Source: Tricharina praecox (taxonomy: Eukaryota). From it: a stretch of 64,000 nt of DNA. A program made the position numbers and the translations under genes. The notes beneath the pieces were generated by a model. It was not told the origin of the DNA and did not search any database. It was given only the letters and a program-made list of their open reading frames with translations. Shown piece by piece: positions 63,401 through 64,000 of the stretch; positions within the stretch are counted from its first letter, which is position 1; the number at the start of each line of letters is the position of its first letter. The stretch spans positions 1-64,000 of the forward strand of contig NW_026250432.1 in NCBI RefSeq assembly GCF_024521635.1, in the 5' to 3' direction.

Positions 63401-64000
63401 GCCACTGTCAACGCAGATCCAGCATTTGATTCCGGAAGAACCGCCCTACAAGCAGCATCGGAAGCAGGCCACCTTGAAGTGGTGGATCGACTCTTGGAGG
63501 AGGGGGCCACTGTCAACGCAGATCCAGCAAGTCGTTCCGGAAGAACCGCCCTACAAGCAGCATCGGAAGGAGGCCACCTTGAAGTGGTGGATCGACTCTT
63601 GGAGAAGGGGGCCGATGTCAACGCAGATCCAGCAGGTCATCCCGGAAGAACCGCCCTACAAGCAGCATCGGAAGGAGGCCACCTTGAAGTGGTGGATCGA
63701 CTCTTGGAGAAGGGGGCCGATGTCAACGCAGCGCCATCAGATTGGCACGGAAGAACTGCCCTACAAGCAGCATCGGAAGGAGGCCACCTTGAAGTGGTGG
63801 ATCGACTCTTGGAGAAGGGGGCCACTGTCAACGCAGATCCAGCAGGTGATTCCGGAAGAACCGCCCTACAAGCAGCATCGGAAGGAGGCCACCTTGGAGT
63901 GGTGGATCGACTCTTGGAGAAGGGGGCCGATGTCAACGCAGATCCAGCATATGATTACGGAAGAACCGCCCTACAAGCAGCATCGGAAGGAGGCCACCTT
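60495..64000 (+). CDS. CorA-like membrane protein with a C-terminal high-identity ankyrin array (3' end outside window)
   Basis: Frame-consistent exons: 60495-60623, 60690-60709, 60768-60955, 61017-61061, 61118-61214, 61273-61474, 61526-61951, 62001-62081, 62132-62161, 62213-62230, 62291->64000. They give ...SIDEAHKAREQGASMRRLSWVT|FIFLPLLFVA|SLYGMN|VDATENNPTWTTFFYIAVPVFTVVMLSVLILKF, then GRTALQAASEGGHLEVVDRLLEKGADVNA repeats. Confidence 0.85.
62699..64000 (+). repeat. 105-bp coding tandem repeat (35-aa ankyrin units), 12 full units plus a partial 13th
   Basis: GGAAGAAC(C/T)GCC starts at exactly 105-bp spacing: 62699, 62804, 62909, 63014, 63119, 63224, 63329, 63434, 63539, 63644, 63749, 63854, 63959. 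Confidence 0.98.

Noticed and set aside
62485..63936. Repetitive minus-strand ORFs (MTSAPFSKSRSTT...)
   Set aside because: They are antisense shadows of the + strand ankyrin exon.
62699..64000. CRISPR-like array (constant repeat with a short variable segment)
   Set aside because: The DNA is eukaryotic, the unit is exactly 35 codons in an open frame encoding ankyrin repeats, the variable part is only about 6-9 nt, and there are no cas genes.

Overview
Eukaryotic, intron-rich fungal (filamentous ascomycete) genomic DNA with short GT-AG introns and CTAAC/CTGAC branch points. The six-frame ORF track fragments most genes, so gene models here were spliced by eye. Most of the window is housekeeping genes: NIC96, peflin, ChaC, a glycine-rich RRM protein, Atg14/Vps38-like, a DHA2 MFS transporter, RlmA/MEF2, Msb1/Mug8-like, PCNA, SNF4, COQ10, NOP2, GET5 and TOS1-like. 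Two accessory-looking islands interrupt them: about 27.5-35.5 kb (F-box-like orphan and MITE-like elements) and about 57.6-64 kb. The most striking feature, absent from the ORF track, is an 11-exon gene at 60495->64000 (+). It encodes a CorA-like two-helix membrane module with the GMN motif, followed by at least 12 near-identical 105-bp ankyrin repeats. Variation in these repeats is concentrated, almost entirely non-synonymously, in the ligand-binding hairpin loop. That is the signature of fungal NLR-type non-self sensors, but here the array is wired to a channel domain and no NACHT/NB-ARC domain is visible.
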